A DNA stretch of 64,000 nt from Pecten maximus. Lineage: Eukaryota. The stretch's first letter is position 1. The number at the start of each line of letters is the position of its first letter. The notes beneath the pieces are model-generated. The model ran no database searches. It was not told where the DNA came from and saw only the letters and a list, made by a program, of their open reading frames with translations. The translations under genes were made by a program, and so were the position numbers. Positions 38,745-53,900 of this stretch are shown piece after piece. The DNA lies in assembly GCF_902652985.1 (NCBI RefSeq), contig NC_047019.1, positions 25,110,001 through 25,174,000 of the forward strand, given 5' to 3'.

Positions 38745-41700
38745 GTATCTGTGTACTGATGTTACTGACGTGATTATCTGTGTACTGATGTTACTGACGT
38801 GATTATCTGTGAACTGATGTTACTGACGTGATTATCTGTGTACTGATGTTACTGACGTGATTATCTGTGTACAGATGTTACTGACGTGATTATCTGTGTA
38901 GTAGTGTTACTGATGTGATTATCTGTGTACTGATGTTACTGACGTGATTATCTGTGTAGTAATGTTACTGACATGATTATCTGTGTACTGATGTTACTGA
39001 CGTGATTATCTGTGTACTGATGTTATTGACATGATTATCTGTGTAGTAGTGTTACTGATGTGATTATCTGTGTACTGATGTTACTGACGTGATTATCTGT
39101 AAAGTAATGTTACTGACGTGATTATCTGTGTACTGATGTTACTGACGTGATTATCTGTGTACTGATGTTACTGACGTGATTATCTGTGTAGTGATGTTAT
39201 TGACGTGATTATCTGTGTACTGATGTTACTGAGGTGATTATCTGTGTACTGATGTTACTGACGTGATTATCTGTGTACTGATGTTACTGACGTGATTATC
39301 TGTGTAGTAGTGTTACTGACGTGATTATCTGTGTAGTAATGTTACTGACGTGATTATCTGTGTACTGATGTTACTGACGTGATTATCTGTGTAGTAATGT
39401 TACTGACGTGATTATCTGTGTACTGATGTTACTGACGTGATTATCTGTGTAGTGATGTTACTGACATGATTATCTGTGAACTGGTGTTACTGACGTGATT
39501 ATCTGTATACTGAAGTTATTGACGTGATTATCTGTGTACTGATGTTACTGACGTGATTATCTGTGTACTGATGTTACTGACGTGATTATCTGTGTACTGA
39601 TGTTACTGACGTGATTATCTGTGTACTGATGTTACTGACGTGATTATCTGTGTAGTAATGTTACTGACGTGATTATCTGTGTACTGATGTTACTGACGTG
39701 ATTATCTGTGTACTGATGTTACTGACGTGATTATCTGTGTAGTAATGTTACTGACGTGATTATCTGTATAGTAATGTTACTGTCGTGATTATCTGTGTAC
39801 TTATGTTACTGACGTGATTATCTGTGTACTGATGTTACTGACGTAATTATCTGTGTACTGATGTTACTGACGTGATTATCTGTGTAGTAATGTTACTGAC
39901 GTGATTATCTGTACTAGTATGTTACTGACGTGATTATCTGTGTAGTAATGTTAATGACGTGATTATCTGTGTAGTAATGTTACTGACGTGATTATCTGTG
40001 TACTGATGTTACTGACGTGATTATCTGTGTACTGATGTTACTGACGTGATTATCTGTGTACTGATGTTACTGACGTGATTATCTGTGTAGTAGTGTTACT
40101 GACGTGATTATCTGTGTACTGATGTTACTGACGTGATTATCTGTATACTGATGTTACTGACGTGATTATCTGTGTACTGATGCTACTGACGTGATTATCT
40201 GTGTAGTAGTGTTACTGACGTGATTATCTGTGTACTGATGTTACTGACGTGATTATCTGTGTAGTAATGTTACTGACGTGATTATCTGTGTACTGATGTT
40301 ACTGACGTGATTATCTGTGTAGTAATGTTACTGACGTGATTATCTGTGTACTGATGTTACTGACGTGATTATCTGTGTAGTAATGTTACTGACGTGATTA
40401 TCTGTGTACGGATGTTACTGACGTGATTATCTGTGTACTGATGTTACTGACGTGATTATCTGTGTAGTAATGTTACTGACGTGATTATCTGTGTAGTAAT
40501 GTTACTGACGTGATTATCTGTGTAGTAATGTTACTGACGTGATTATCTGTGTACTGATGTTACTGACGTGATTATCTGTGTACTGATGTTACTGACGTGA
40601 TTATCTGTGTACTGATGTTACTGACGTGATTATCTGTGTAGTAATGTTACTGACGTGATTATCTGTGTAGTAATGTTACTGACGTGATTATCTGTGTACT
40701 GATGTTACTGACGTGATTATCTGTGTACTGATGTTACTGACGTGATTATCTGTATAGTTGTGTTACTGGCGTGAGTATCTGTGAACTGATGTTACTGACG
40801 TGATTATCTGTGTACTGATGTTACTGACATGATTATCTGTGTACTGATGTTACTGACGTGATTATCTGTGTAGTAATGTTACTGACGTGATTATCTGTGT
40901 AGTAATGTTACTGACGTGATTATCTGTGTACTGATGTTACTGACGTGATTATCTGTGTAGTAATGTTACTGACGTGATTATCTGTGTAGTAGTGTTACTG
41001 ACGTGATTATCTGTGTACTGATGTTACTGACGTGATTATCTGTATACTGATGTTACTGACGTGATTATCTGTGTAGTAATGTTACTGACGTGATTATCTG
41101 TGTACTGATGTTACTGACGGGATTATCTGTGTACTGATGTTACTGACGTGATTATCTGTGTAGTAATGTTACTGACGTGATTATCTGTGTAGTAATGTTA
41201 CTGACGTGATTATCTGTGTAGTAATGTTACTGACGTGATGATCTGTGTAGTGATGTTACTGACGTGATTATCTGTGTAGTAATGTTACTGACGTGATTAT
41301 CTGTGTAGTAGTGTTACTGACGTGATTATCTGTGTAGTAATGTTACTGACGTGAGTATCTGTGTAGTAATGTTACCGACGTGATTATCTGTTTAGTAGTG
41401 TTACTGACGTGATTATCTGTGTAGTAATGTTACTGACGTGATTATCTGTGTACTGATGTTACTGGCGTGATTATCTGTGTACTGATGTTACTGACGTGAT
41501 TATCTGTGTAGTAATGTTACTGACGTGATTATCTGTATAGTAATGTTACTGACGTGATTATCTGTGTACTGATGTTACTGACGTGATTATCTGTATAGTT
41601 GTGTTACTGACGTGATTATCTGTGTACTGATGTTACTGACGTGATTATCTGTGTAGTAATGTTACTGACGTGATTATCTGTGTAGTAATGTTACTGACGT

Positions 41701-42530
41701 GATTATCTGTATAGTAATGTTACTGACGTGATTATCTGTGTACTGATGTTACTGACGTGATTATCTGTGTACTGATGTTACTGACGTGATTATCTGTGTA
41801 CTGATGTTACTGACGTGATTATCTGTGTACTAAAGTTACTGGCGTGATTATCTGTGTACTGATGTTACTGACGTGATTATCTGTGTACTGATGTTACTGA
41901 CGTGATTATCTGTGTACTGATGTTACTGACGTGATTATCTGTGTAGTAGTGTTACTGGCGTGATTATCTGTGTAGTGATGTTACTGACGTGATTATCTGT
42001 ATACCTATGTTACTGACGTGATTATCTGTGTACTTATGTTACTGACGTGATTATCTGTGTACTGATGTTACTGACGTGATTATCTGTGTAGTAGTGTTAC
42101 TGGCGTGATTATCTGTGTAGTGATGTTACTGACGTGATTATCTGTGTAGTAATGTTACTGACGTGATTATCTGTGTAGTAGTGTTACTGACGTGATTATC
42201 TGTGTAGTAGTGTTACTGACGTGATTATCTGTGTACTGATGTTACTGACGTGATTATCTGTGTAGTAGTGTTACTGGCGTGATTATCTGTGTAGTAGTGT
42301 TACTGGCGTGATTATCTGTGTACTGATGTTACTGACGTGATTATCTGTGTACTGATGTTACTGACGTGATTATCTGTGTACTTATGTTACTGACGTGATT
42401 ATCTGTGTAGTAGTGTTACTGACGTGATTATCTGTGTAGTAGTGTTACTGGCGTGATTATCTTTGTAGTGATGTTACTGACGTGATTATCTGTATAGTAA
42501 TGTTACTGACGTACTAATCGGTATAGTAAT
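38745..42530. repeat. Satellite/minisatellite array, 29-bp unit tgacgtgattatctgtgtactgatgttac, about 130 copies
   Basis: Period of 29 read directly. Highly homogeneous, with a few recurrent variants (actgat/agtaat/agtagt/agtgat). Confidence 0.97.
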
Positions 42531-42539
42531 GTTAGTTAC

Positions 42540-43075
42540 TTGATACCCTGATGACCGTCTCAGGATCATCACTGACATGTTTCAACTAAATTCCATCGGT
42601 GGAACTGGAGAAGTTGAAAATGATATTTTCGAAAGTATTTGTCTGCCTCCCTTCCTAAATATGTCCTCCAATTCTTATCTCAATCCAACCATGCAGAGGA
42701 ACTTGATGGGAGTTTTTTTTTACAAGATGGCTGACATGGTGGCCATCTTTGATTTCGGATTAACTTAAAAATAACAACACTTGACCAGGGCCATCTCAGG
42801 ATCGATTCAGGCTAGTTTGAACTGAATCCCACTGGGTGAACATTACTAATGTGTCTTAAAATTATTCCAATAATGTGTGGGTGTTTAATAATGTTTCAAA
42901 ATAGCCGCCACCGTAGCACTTCCTTATTCCCTTGGCATAATCAACAATGTTCGGTTAAATCTCCACAGTCGGGCTTGTGGTTTTCAAGATGGCCGCCATG
43001 GCCATGTTAGATTTGGGACGACCAGAATATAACAACGCTTATTCAACATCATCTCAGAGTCAGATGACCTGATAG
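42540..43075 (+). mobile_element. HINE/Helentron-type element remnant with caagatggc..ccat-containing subrepeats
   Basis: Repeated tcaagatggc(t/c)g(a/c)catgg..gccat.tt.gattt.gga...aataacaac modules and a terminal tcagatgacct motif, resembling bivalve Helentron-derived repeats as I recall them. Confidence 0.55.
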
Positions 43076-46000
43076 CTAGTAAACAAAAACAGGCGTGGTA
43101 TCTGTTTTTCACGTTTCAAGTAATTTGACATTATTTTGAGATGTTTAAATCGTCTGTTCATCTGATGACGTACGGTATATAGCGACAGAATATCGACTTG
43201 TTTACAGACACGACACACTCTAGTATTGCCTCACCTATCCATGACAGGTGTAGTGTGATGACGTACATGTATATGTAGACAGTTACGTGACACTAACAGT
43301 GATCAGGTAGTGGGTAACTGACGTGGCAGTACACGTGTACAAATCACTTGTTAAATCGTTATCACTCTACAGTCCACCGTGCAGCTGAGCTTGCTACGAA
43401 AAACAAAATGAATTAAATTATCTGGTATTAATATACATTTAATCATAGCTGTAAACAAATTAGTATTCAATACTGATGACGAATGTTACTACAAATGTTT
43501 AAAACCCATATAATTCTCAAAATGGAGGCCGAGGACACTGTTATAGTACAATCTGTTGGGGATTTCCCTTAGCTAGCATAGAGAGCGAGGATTCGATGTT
43601 TCGAGAACCAGCAGGGATTTTATTCTGAATACTCTGCGCTATTGCATCAAAGTATTGTTATAAACAATTGTATCGTTTTGTATAATCCTTAAGCCACGAT
43701 ATCACATGAATTTTTATTTAGAACTCAATCATGGACAATGATAATGAGACACTAACTAACAATCTATATATAAGTGTAATATAGACGAGTGATGTTACGC
43801 AATGTTTAGAAGGACTTGGTAGGGTAGTACACACTTTACACTTAACACAATATTAATACTAGTGACGAGTTAAATTGATTGGACTATTGTTGGCCTTTTT
43901 CTTTCAAGTATCCTCCGTTTATCTTTATCTAATCCCGTATTAAGTCCTTAGTTACAACACATCAAAGAACGTCAGTGTCATTATTAAAGAGTGATGATAT
44001 ATCGCATAACCTGTCAAAACTCTAGATACGGATCTCTATATCAAAATCCTGATATTTCGCATTTTTTCTACCTTATATCATAATAGTTAAAATCTAGCTC
44101 ACCAGATTAATTTTGAAAACCGTCGTTGTATTTTATTCTATTTTATTTTTGAACAACCACTTTTTATCTAATATCAAATTTCTGTTGGAACTCTGTAAAA
44201 TAACAAGTCTGCTTTACGCTGACGTCAAACGGTAAAATACAGCTGATTTTGATTGCAAAATATCCATAGTAAATATCAATGTAAATTAAAAACCAATACC
44301 ATAAGTGTTATATTATGCATACCATGGACAAATTATATGAGCATTGCTTAAAAATATTTCTTGTAGTGTTTAAATGAATGTTGCACCGTTCCGTACACAC
44401 AGATATATGCAATGATGACGTCTGTCGATTCCCCATAAACCGGGTACATTCTTAAACCGACAAAACAAGGGCGATAACTCTTTCAGGTTTAGCGGATTTA
44501 TCGCCAATCATGACATCACTACTGTAATTACACACAGCACGATTCATCTGAGCTATGTAACACGATAAAGCTATCCTAACACACGATAATGTTACCCTAT
44601 TATATAATTACAGCCCAACTGTCATTTAATCTATCACGTTTATATTCCCTGGGTGATATGTATCAGGGTTTTATTATCGTTTAACAATAGTATAATGGCT
44701 GGTCGATTCACCAGAAGTCCTTAAATTGAAAAAAAATCTACGGGGAAAAAAATTACAGGAAAGCATTACAGAATTTAAAGAACGCCTTTAAATAATGTCC
44801 CTTAATTTACCAAGAAGTTTTCCTTAATTCCTATACCATACAGAAGTTTAAGTTTATAAATTTCTTTAAAAATGATAAATCGCTGACAAAGAGTAATTTT
44901 GATAGAATGAAAACAAGAATAGGCCGTTACATATCCTTTATACAAATCCAAAAGTAACACACTTGAAGCTATTACCACCAAATCAGGTTTGGCTCCTTAT
45001 TTTATCTGTTAGATTTAGATTTTATAAACTATCGTGTTCTGTCACTATAGTGTATGTCACATTCGGTCTTAACGCGACCGATTTTCTTTGTTGTTGTTTA
45101 TAAGATACATTTCTCTACCAAGGGTGCCATTTGGTAGAAACAATGTATACAGTGTCGACAATGTAGAATTTGTAAGAAACGCTGATAAGACATCTTGGTT
45201 AAAACACTGGAATTCACCAAACAGTCGGCTAGACCTGCAGGAGTTATCTCTCTTGGTTTTGAATGTGATCAGCTGATTATTTCTGTTCATCGGCTGTTTG
45301 CAACATCTTCGTCTCGAATGAACGTTAGAATTACAGTAAAGCATTTCTTAACTGAATGTCACTTGTACAGAAATAATTGACCGGCTTAGACTACATACAT
45401 CTAAATATAAAAAAAACACACGGAATGTCACCGTAATGTAATCCATTTTCATGTGTTATTCATTAAAGTGATATATTATATACCAATAAATAACATTTCG
45501 AAGAGGACAGGTTGACACATGGATGCTGAGACACACATAAGTCATACATGCAATTGATAAAATCTATAAATATGTAGACAAACTTATAGAAATTACAAAG
45601 TAAATAAGCGCAAAAATGTTAAGATTTTAGTGTTAACGCGTTTATATTGCCGTATATAGCAACCGGGTATACATGCATGTGTAACATTTCGATGACTAGA
45701 ATGACAATTTCACCAGGGAAGCGTTTGAATGTATCACATCGAAAGGTTATTTAGGTTACATGATATATGTATGAAAACTGGGTAGTTAAATTGTCTGTTA
45801 AAAAATCTGACTGAAGTTGTGCAAAAGTCTATGCGCCCCCTCGTCCGGATTTTGAAATAGCTCTTCTACAACATTTGAGAAAGTTGCTCTTTTTATTACC
45901 CCATCAGTGTTAATAAGTGCAGCCGAATCGACTTTCGTGGATATTTGCACTTTTTACAATAACTATAACAAAAATAAATACAGGCAGGTCGTTGTAAACA

Positions 46001-47819
46001 TAATATAATGACTGCTTTGCAAGTAAACAAACAAATGGTTCAATGTATTGCCAATTATATTTTGGACATCTCAAATCACCTAACTCAAATAAAAGGAAAT
46101 CAGGTATCATTAACACAACAGAACGCAGAAGTTCCCCAATTTTGGAGTGAGGAATGGTTGTACAGGAGGAACAGGTACAGGTGAAATGTTCTTAAATACA
46201 AATATATTATGTTGTAAAGATGCTTAATGTTATCACAGCACTGCAAAATCCACTTTCTATTAATTCCTACTTTGATTAATATTGCTGTATTTATCTCTGA
46301 CTTGTTCTGATGATAATTATATACATTGAGAAGTGAATGTCTACGTTGGTCTGCTTCCTGAAGGGCTTACTCCCGTCAATACCTGATTGCAAATAGTCAA
46401 CATATAATTGGGTACGTGCCTCTCCTTTTTCAGCTGGTTAAGATTTGTCTATCCTCACCTACATGTATGAAGGGAACACTCCAAATTCTAATGCTCGCAG
46501 AAGAATACTTGACACATAAGGATAAGGAAATTTGAATGACTTGATTGGCCTTAGCCAAGCGGAACATCGACTTAACGTTGTTAATTACGGATTCTTATGG
46601 GATCTAGGAATAACATATGCTTAAGGTATGTCCCCAGACTTACCATCTGCCGACATTCTAAAAGGTTGTTGTGTATAAGGCGTGATTAAAGTAGCTGAAT
46701 ACCAGTCTTTCTAAAAATGTGAAAATATCTAGGCAGCCAGAAATACAATATTGTTCGTAGGGATTTAAGAAAGGTTTTAAAACATGCTTTTAACTCATTG
46801 TCTTTATCCTCAACTCTAAGGCATGCTAAGCAACAATTATGTATTTCAAAAACCTGAAAATGCGCACGTAAGGTAATTTTGGTATGTGGCAAGCACACTT
46901 CGCTTTTGGAAACAGGACTTGTTATAACGTTACAGACAAGTGGTCAGCATTAGTACCTATATTGGCAAGCAACACAGACTCGTCTTCATTTTTATTTTAT
47001 TTTGACTTCAAGTTGATAGTTCTTTATAATGCGGAGGTTTTTCTTAGTTCGGAATTTGGTATGGTATTGTAAAGAGAGGAAACGAAAAGTCTGAATAGAG
47101 GATAAACTTTGAGAAAAGGATTTTCAATATTGACTTAAGGATATTCGAAATTCACAATCCACTAAGTGCAGTTTCTCAGTACACAATGTCACATTTCCTG
47201 TTGTTTACGATTTGGGTTTCCGGTGTTAATTTCAAGTAGCTTAAAATAAAGCCATTCCTTTGATAACTAAGAACGTAATATATTTTACCAGCTTTTAAAG
47301 AAAAATCAAAACTTATCTTAGTAAAGTGTCTTGATAAAAATCGTTGCTGGATAATAGTGTCTTAACACCCAACCCTGATAAATAAATGTCAATTACATTA
47401 GAAATTTTCAGTTTATATTCAAAGGAAAGACATAAGTTCGAGATTCCAAACGCCGAGGCATTTCATGTCTTTGTTCATAACACAGTTACTTCTTTGATAT
47501 CTATATATGCACGTGTGCTTAACCAAATATCTATAATACATATCAACGTGGGAATCAAACAGGCATGTTCATTGCCGACCCCGCCCGGGTACGGTCAAGC
47601 CAAAATCAGTTTTTAGGAATCCTCACAAACAAATAGTCATTATTGTCCTAACAAAACAGATATTGATAAGAATCAGATGACCTATCCATCCTCATCTTTA
47701 TCCGTTTTTGAATGATACGTGCTTTAGATACGGTTTCAGGTTGATTCTAGCGTACTCAATTTCTAACACACGCATACTTTTATATCATATTGAGATGCCG
47801 AATACTTCATGTTGCCCGG

Positions 47820-48330
47820 AGTAGGCTAATATATGAGTTATATAATACAAACAAGATGAGTAGGCTGGTATATGTATATGAGTTATATAATACAAACAAG
47901 AGGAGTAGGGTGATATTTGATATGATACAAACAAGAGGAGTAGGCTGATATCTGAGTTATATAATACAAACAAGAGGAGTAGGCTGATATATGAGTTATA
48001 TAATACAAACAAGAGGAGTAGGCTGATATATGAGTTATATAATACAAACAATAGGAGTAGGCTGATATATGAGTTATATAATACAAACAAGATGAGTAGG
48101 CTGATATATGAGTTATATAATACAAACAAGAGGAGTAGGCTGATATATGAGTTATATAATACAAACAAGAGGAGTAAGCTGATACATGAGTTATATAATA
48201 CAAACAAGATGAGTAGACTGATATCTGAGTTATATAATACAAACAAGAGGAGTAGACTGATATCTGAGTTATATAATACAAACAAGAGGAGTAGGCTAAT
48301 ACATGAGTTACAATGTATATAACACAAACA
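47820..48330. repeat. Minisatellite, 39-bp unit gagtaggctgatatatgagttatataatacaaacaagag
   Basis: About 12 tandem copies. Explains the 13-aa-periodic ORFs. Confidence 0.93.
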
Positions 48331-48984
48331 ATAGTAGATTGATCGTAACCATTAACAAGAAATGATGTACACGAACCTTCGACACGTTCAGTACCTGTGC
48401 CTCCTTGTTCAGACAAGACTACTTGAATATTTGTAAAGATTGTTTGCATGGCTTGTGAATATAGGGACAAGTCATGACATACGGCAACATTTAACGTAAA
48501 TAGGGCTTTGCTTCTGGACTTGCTGACTGAAGCGTTCTTGCAGGTACTGCATCTATTACTAAATTCCTATGTAAAGGTGCTACTTATATTACAAGTATGT
48601 GACGTTTGTACATTCCTGGAAATCACTTAAATTTGTTTATGAATCCTTGTATATGTTAATAGTAAAAAAAAAAAATTAAAAAAAAACCCACCTCAAAACA
48701 TAGCCAGTATCCGAAATGCATCATATTCATTGAACTAACGGCGTTAGTGTATATGGCTAGAGTGATTATGTAGCTAAACATTCCTAAACTTCCGTGCTTT
48801 TGTCCTTAAGACACTAAGCATTACAGAGAAGAAAAAAATAGTTAGCCGTATGATGCAGTAATAAAAAAATATAACAAATGTTTTATATAACAATTATGTG
48901 ATATGATATTTATCAATTAGATGATATTGTAATTTGTTCGTGATATAATAGTTATACATACACCTACCCTGTTGTGGTTAAACT

Positions 48985-49450
48985 AATTGTATGATTAACG
49001 TAACAATTGTACTACAAATATAACAATTGGATAACAAATGTAACAATTGTATTTAAAATGTAAAAGATAAAATATCATAAATATAACGATTGTGTTATTG
49101 TACACTGCATTAAATATGTAACAGTTGTACTACAATTATACAACTGGTATTTTAAATGCAACAAATGCAGCATAAATGTAAGAATTGTATGGCAAATGTT
49201 ACAATTGTATGGCAAATGCAACAATTGTATGGCAAATGCAACAATTGTATGGCAAATGTTACAATTGTATGGCAAATGAAACAATTGTATGGCAAATGTT
49301 ACAATTGTATGGCAAATGAAACAATTGTATGGCAAATGTAACACTTGTATGGCAAATGTAACAATTGTATGGCAAATGTAACAACTGTATGGCAAATGTA
49401 TGGCAAATGTAAAAACTGTATTATCAATGTAACAATTGTATGGCAAATGT
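48985..49450. repeat. Minisatellite, 20-bp unit acaattgtatggcaaatgta
   Basis: Homogeneous core at about 49180-49450 with a degenerate left flank. Confidence 0.9.
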
Positions 49451-50689
49451 TAACAGCCCTATTGAGGATGTGAAAATGTACACGTATATTTGTGTACGGA
49501 AATGTAAAAAAAAAGAAATGTTTAATAAATATCAAAGTGCAAACTAATTAAATGTACCAATGGTATAACAGAAAAAACGACATTTTATCATTGATTAACA
49601 AAAATATATCTAATAAATGGAAAATGAAATCAATCAGAATAAAATAACAAGTCCACACAGCTCGCCAATCTTTGGAGTAATACAATTCATCAATTAATGG
49701 CTTCATCAGGACGATAGGGGATATATCGTTAGTTACATATTTGATTTTAAATAAAGAAAATGAATGAAGATACTTGATAGTTGTTGCGGTTCAGGTGCGC
49801 CACACTCGCCAAAGGATGACTGTGTTGGGAAGGAAAGGTGTGATATTAGAGTACAGAAGTTGTTCAGTAGTGGGATTAGACCTCAAGATAGAAATATCGT
49901 CTCAGTTACAAAAATACTACTGCACTTAAGATAATAGTGAACTACGAAATCGGTCGAGTGCGAAAATATAAACGGGATATAACAGTTGTAGTTATTTACG
50001 GGCTGAGTTCGATTCGGGGTGGCTATTCTCTATCACACAAATGAGGTATAATGGCAATCTTTTTTTGTCTTTGTAGACCCCTGCGGATCACGTGATAGCT
50101 TAACAAAGAGTTTTATTTCTATTTACAATGTTGAGTGTAACCTACAGGTAAGTCACGGAAGTTAATATTGAACTACCTGTGTACTACAATCACATCGATC
50201 TTAACTGCCATTCATAGCTTTCGACTATTCCCTTATGCGTGTGAGTGTTTATGATTATCGCACTATTTATCTTGCTTTAACATATTCACCTATGGTATTT
50301 AAACTCATTCACAAATTCCCTCGTGTTGTAATCCTATTAGCGCACTCCGTTGACCGATCTTACCGGGGGGCTCGCCCACCAAGGCTTCTCTGACTGTACA
50401 TGGGGTAACAGACACCCTCATAACGTGGCGAGGTTGTGTCGGGGAGGTCCTGCCTGCTACATCTCCTTATCTCTAATCTATTTCCTAACCTATATTTATT
50501 TATATTACATGAAGTAAATCAGCAATTCATCATTGATATTAAGTCTTCTTCATTTTTTTTCACGAGCAAATAAACGATCATACTATATCGAAGCGTTTAC
50601 AGAGTACACCAAAACTGAATGACACAAAACCTTAAACCTGACTATATTCGACACCTAGTTTTCAACGAACAGCACATTATTATATAATA

Positions 50690-50995
50690 TGACACATTCT
50701 CGTCAACAACAAACATGCTATCACTCGGTACGACACCTTCTGGTCAACAATCAACATTTTATCACACAGTACGACACCTTCTGATCAACAACAAACATGT
50801 TATCACTCGGTACGACACCTTCTGGTCAACAACCAACATTTTATAACTCGATACGACACCTTCTGGTTAACAATCAACATTTTATAACTCGATACGACAC
50901 CTTCTGATCAACAACAAACATTTTATAACTCGATACGACATCTTCTGATCAACAATCAACATGTAATCACTCGGTACGACACATCCTGGTCAACC
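50690..50995. repeat. Minisatellite, 41-bp unit cgacaccttctggtcaacaatcaacattttatcactcggta
   Basis: About 7 tandem copies, period 41. Confidence 0.88.
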
Positions 50996-53900
50996 AAGCG
51001 ATATGAGATATTTCACACAACACGACATATTATTTTCACTACACTTGAGGCAGCTATCACTTCACGTTCACACGGATTTCTAGCCGTCTTTTACCAGATA
51101 TATTTCCATTCATGTTAATCAGTTATGTTTCATAGCGCTCACAAAAATACAAGAATCACGTAAGATTCAGCTTTCATTATATATGGGAGATTTAACCTTA
51201 CGATAACGACTGAACTGGAAGCGACCACGTGGAGATGCTTTGCGGTGTGTAGCTTTACCATGTTAAAATACGCTGTAAGGGAAATCAGAAAATGTTTTTC
51301 AGTTGTGATATCTATAATTGGATATACTTCACAAGAAGTTGTGTTATAGATTTAATGAGATGAACTAACGACAACAGCACCATCCTTTCCTTTTTGAATG
51401 TAAGGCTTATTATTTTTGGAGTTACAAATTCACAAAGGTGAAGTTTTAAATGAAGCTTCAACACAACAGTAGACTGAAGATTTCGTTGAAAACTCGGAAG
51501 ACTTGAGGTTTCCTGTAATTGTGTGAGAACTATAATGAGACTCTCAGGGAACCCTAACGATAATAGGTTTTATCCTATTGTTGGCGAAGGATAAACGTTT
51601 TGTTGTTGTTTTTAATATAAAAAGTTCGTCCACATTGTAGATGGATTATAATGAGTTTACTTTAGATATAAGAGGTTTTGAAACTCGAACAAAAATATCG
51701 GCTTCCTATTTTATACCGCAGTGTATATCCTCGTCAACAAGACGATGTCAATAAAATAATATCAACAAATCATACTGTATTGAATGGGAGGTAAATCAAT
51801 CATATACCATACTATATGTGGTAAATTTAATAATTGTATACCTTGTTTTATTTGAAAAAGCAATAAAAACACATTAGAATGACAAATAAACACGACTTTA
51901 ATCCTCAATACAGCATATCCCGGATAATGAAAAAAACCCAATATAGAGCTGTTTCGTCCTCTTAAGTGATGCTTGGCCCAAAGTATGAAGATACAGAAAG
52001 GAAGTAAAGAAAATTATGATCGGTCTAAAGCAATACCGACCTATAGAGATGCATCGATACTAACCTATGTTATAAATGTCTGATAGTGAAGGATATGAAA
52101 AGCAAGATAATATATCGACAAATATTTTCATATTTTCCTTATTGTCACTATATCATCTTACCACATCGTATGTTTAATATATTTCCATTGGTGTAGTAAT
52201 ATAAAAAACAATGTTCGTGACGTCTTCCTAAATGAAGTCGTTCTGTCTGATATCACTATATTCAGTGTGTTTTTGAGGTCACGAAAATTCGGGCTGCCGG
52301 ATTAAAATACGCGATGGATCGATGCAACTTGCAATAATAGAAATAGTTATAATGTTTAAAAGGTGGTTATCAACATGGTGGAATATATCGATTAAAATAT
52401 TGAGAAGTTTCATTGATGATTTTGTGCCTTATTCCACCAATTGTAGCTTTTGCTGAGAACGGCCGTGTATGTTTGTGACGTCACAAAAGAGGTCCCACTG
52501 ACAGCGAAATCGAATTTTGCAATGTGTTATCACTTTTACAGGTTGAATATAAGACAAACGTTTATTAAAAAAAAACCTAAAATATAAGTAATAAACTTTT
52601 TTTTTTGGAAACGTATTGTCCTATAATTCTCATAGGATTGAAGATGAATTAATCTTAGCTCGTTATTTCAATTTGTCTGCAATGTTGTGACAATTATAGG
52701 ACAATTACACGCCAAAGAAGGCAGTTCAATACCCAATTACAAGTATACGAAACGTATATCAAACTTAGAATCGATATAAAGCGCACAAAATATGAAGAGA
52801 TTGTAGATTAACAGAGAGACCCCCGCACGTAAATATTCCAAACTGGTGCGATTGTAAGTAAGAATCGTGACATCCGCCACGAGAGCAAACGAAACAGCAA
52901 TGTGAAAGAATTGAACGACACACAAGAGTTATTGTATTATGACGACATATTGTATTGTTTGTTACGACGTCTTGTGTTTCTGTTTTATGTTGTTGAGGTG
53001 CTACAGGGCTGCTCGGTTCATTTTTTGTTATTTTTAGACTTTTGATCTATTTAGGGTTTCAATAGTCCTTAAGCATCATTACTTTACACTTGATTTGTAC
53101 CAAGCATTGTTGTCTCTTTGTAGTACCCAAGAGGAGCGGGCTAACATGGCAATGAATACATAATAATATATTAGAGACACCAACGTACATTTTTGATAGT
53201 TAGGTCACCCTGCTTCAGAACCTCGTTAGTCATTAGGACAACGCTTACATATTTGTGGTAGTTAGGCGTTATAGTGAGTGGGGATGTGCTCTATCATAGC
53301 TAATAAGAAATGGTATGTCCTTCACTCTTTAAAATGTTTATCTTCATCAGTACACCCCAGTTATAGTTTACGGTGAAATAATATAATATAGTTGTAGACT
53401 AATAGAATATTACATGCGGATGATATATCCCTGTCAACGGTACAAGCCTATGATTTTTTAGTTTTCTCACATACTTTTTAAAAAAGTAGAATATTTTAGA
53501 GGTGTGATTTTTGTTATCGCACTATCATCATTGTCCTTAAGATGTGTTATTTTGTTACGTTTTTAAGCAACATAAAATATTGATGTTACGCTATTGTGAG
53601 TGACGTCATAGCGCGAGTGACCTGTATTTTCTATGGTCAGAGTTATTTTTCTATACCAAAAAACAGAGACTCGTCTGTGAAGAATGGGAGAAAAAATATA
53701 TCGGACAAAACTGCAAAATACAATGATCATGCCTTGATGCGACCTACTTTTTCCGAACTGACAAGTCACTTTCTTCAGCATTAACTGAAATATATATAAT
53801 ATCTACATTATTTTAGCAGTCTGTCTACTAGTGTTTCATGTTTATCATCCAATTGATTCGGTTATAGATAAGTAGTGCATCATTCCTTATATTATATTTC

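Noticed and set aside
38745-42530. CRISPR-like regular repeat array
   Set aside because: No unique spacers (units are contiguous near-identical 29-mers), no cas genes, and a eukaryotic context.
47785-49535. Periodic hydrophobic or Cys-rich ORFs
   Set aside because: Translations of the 39-bp and 20-bp minisatellites.
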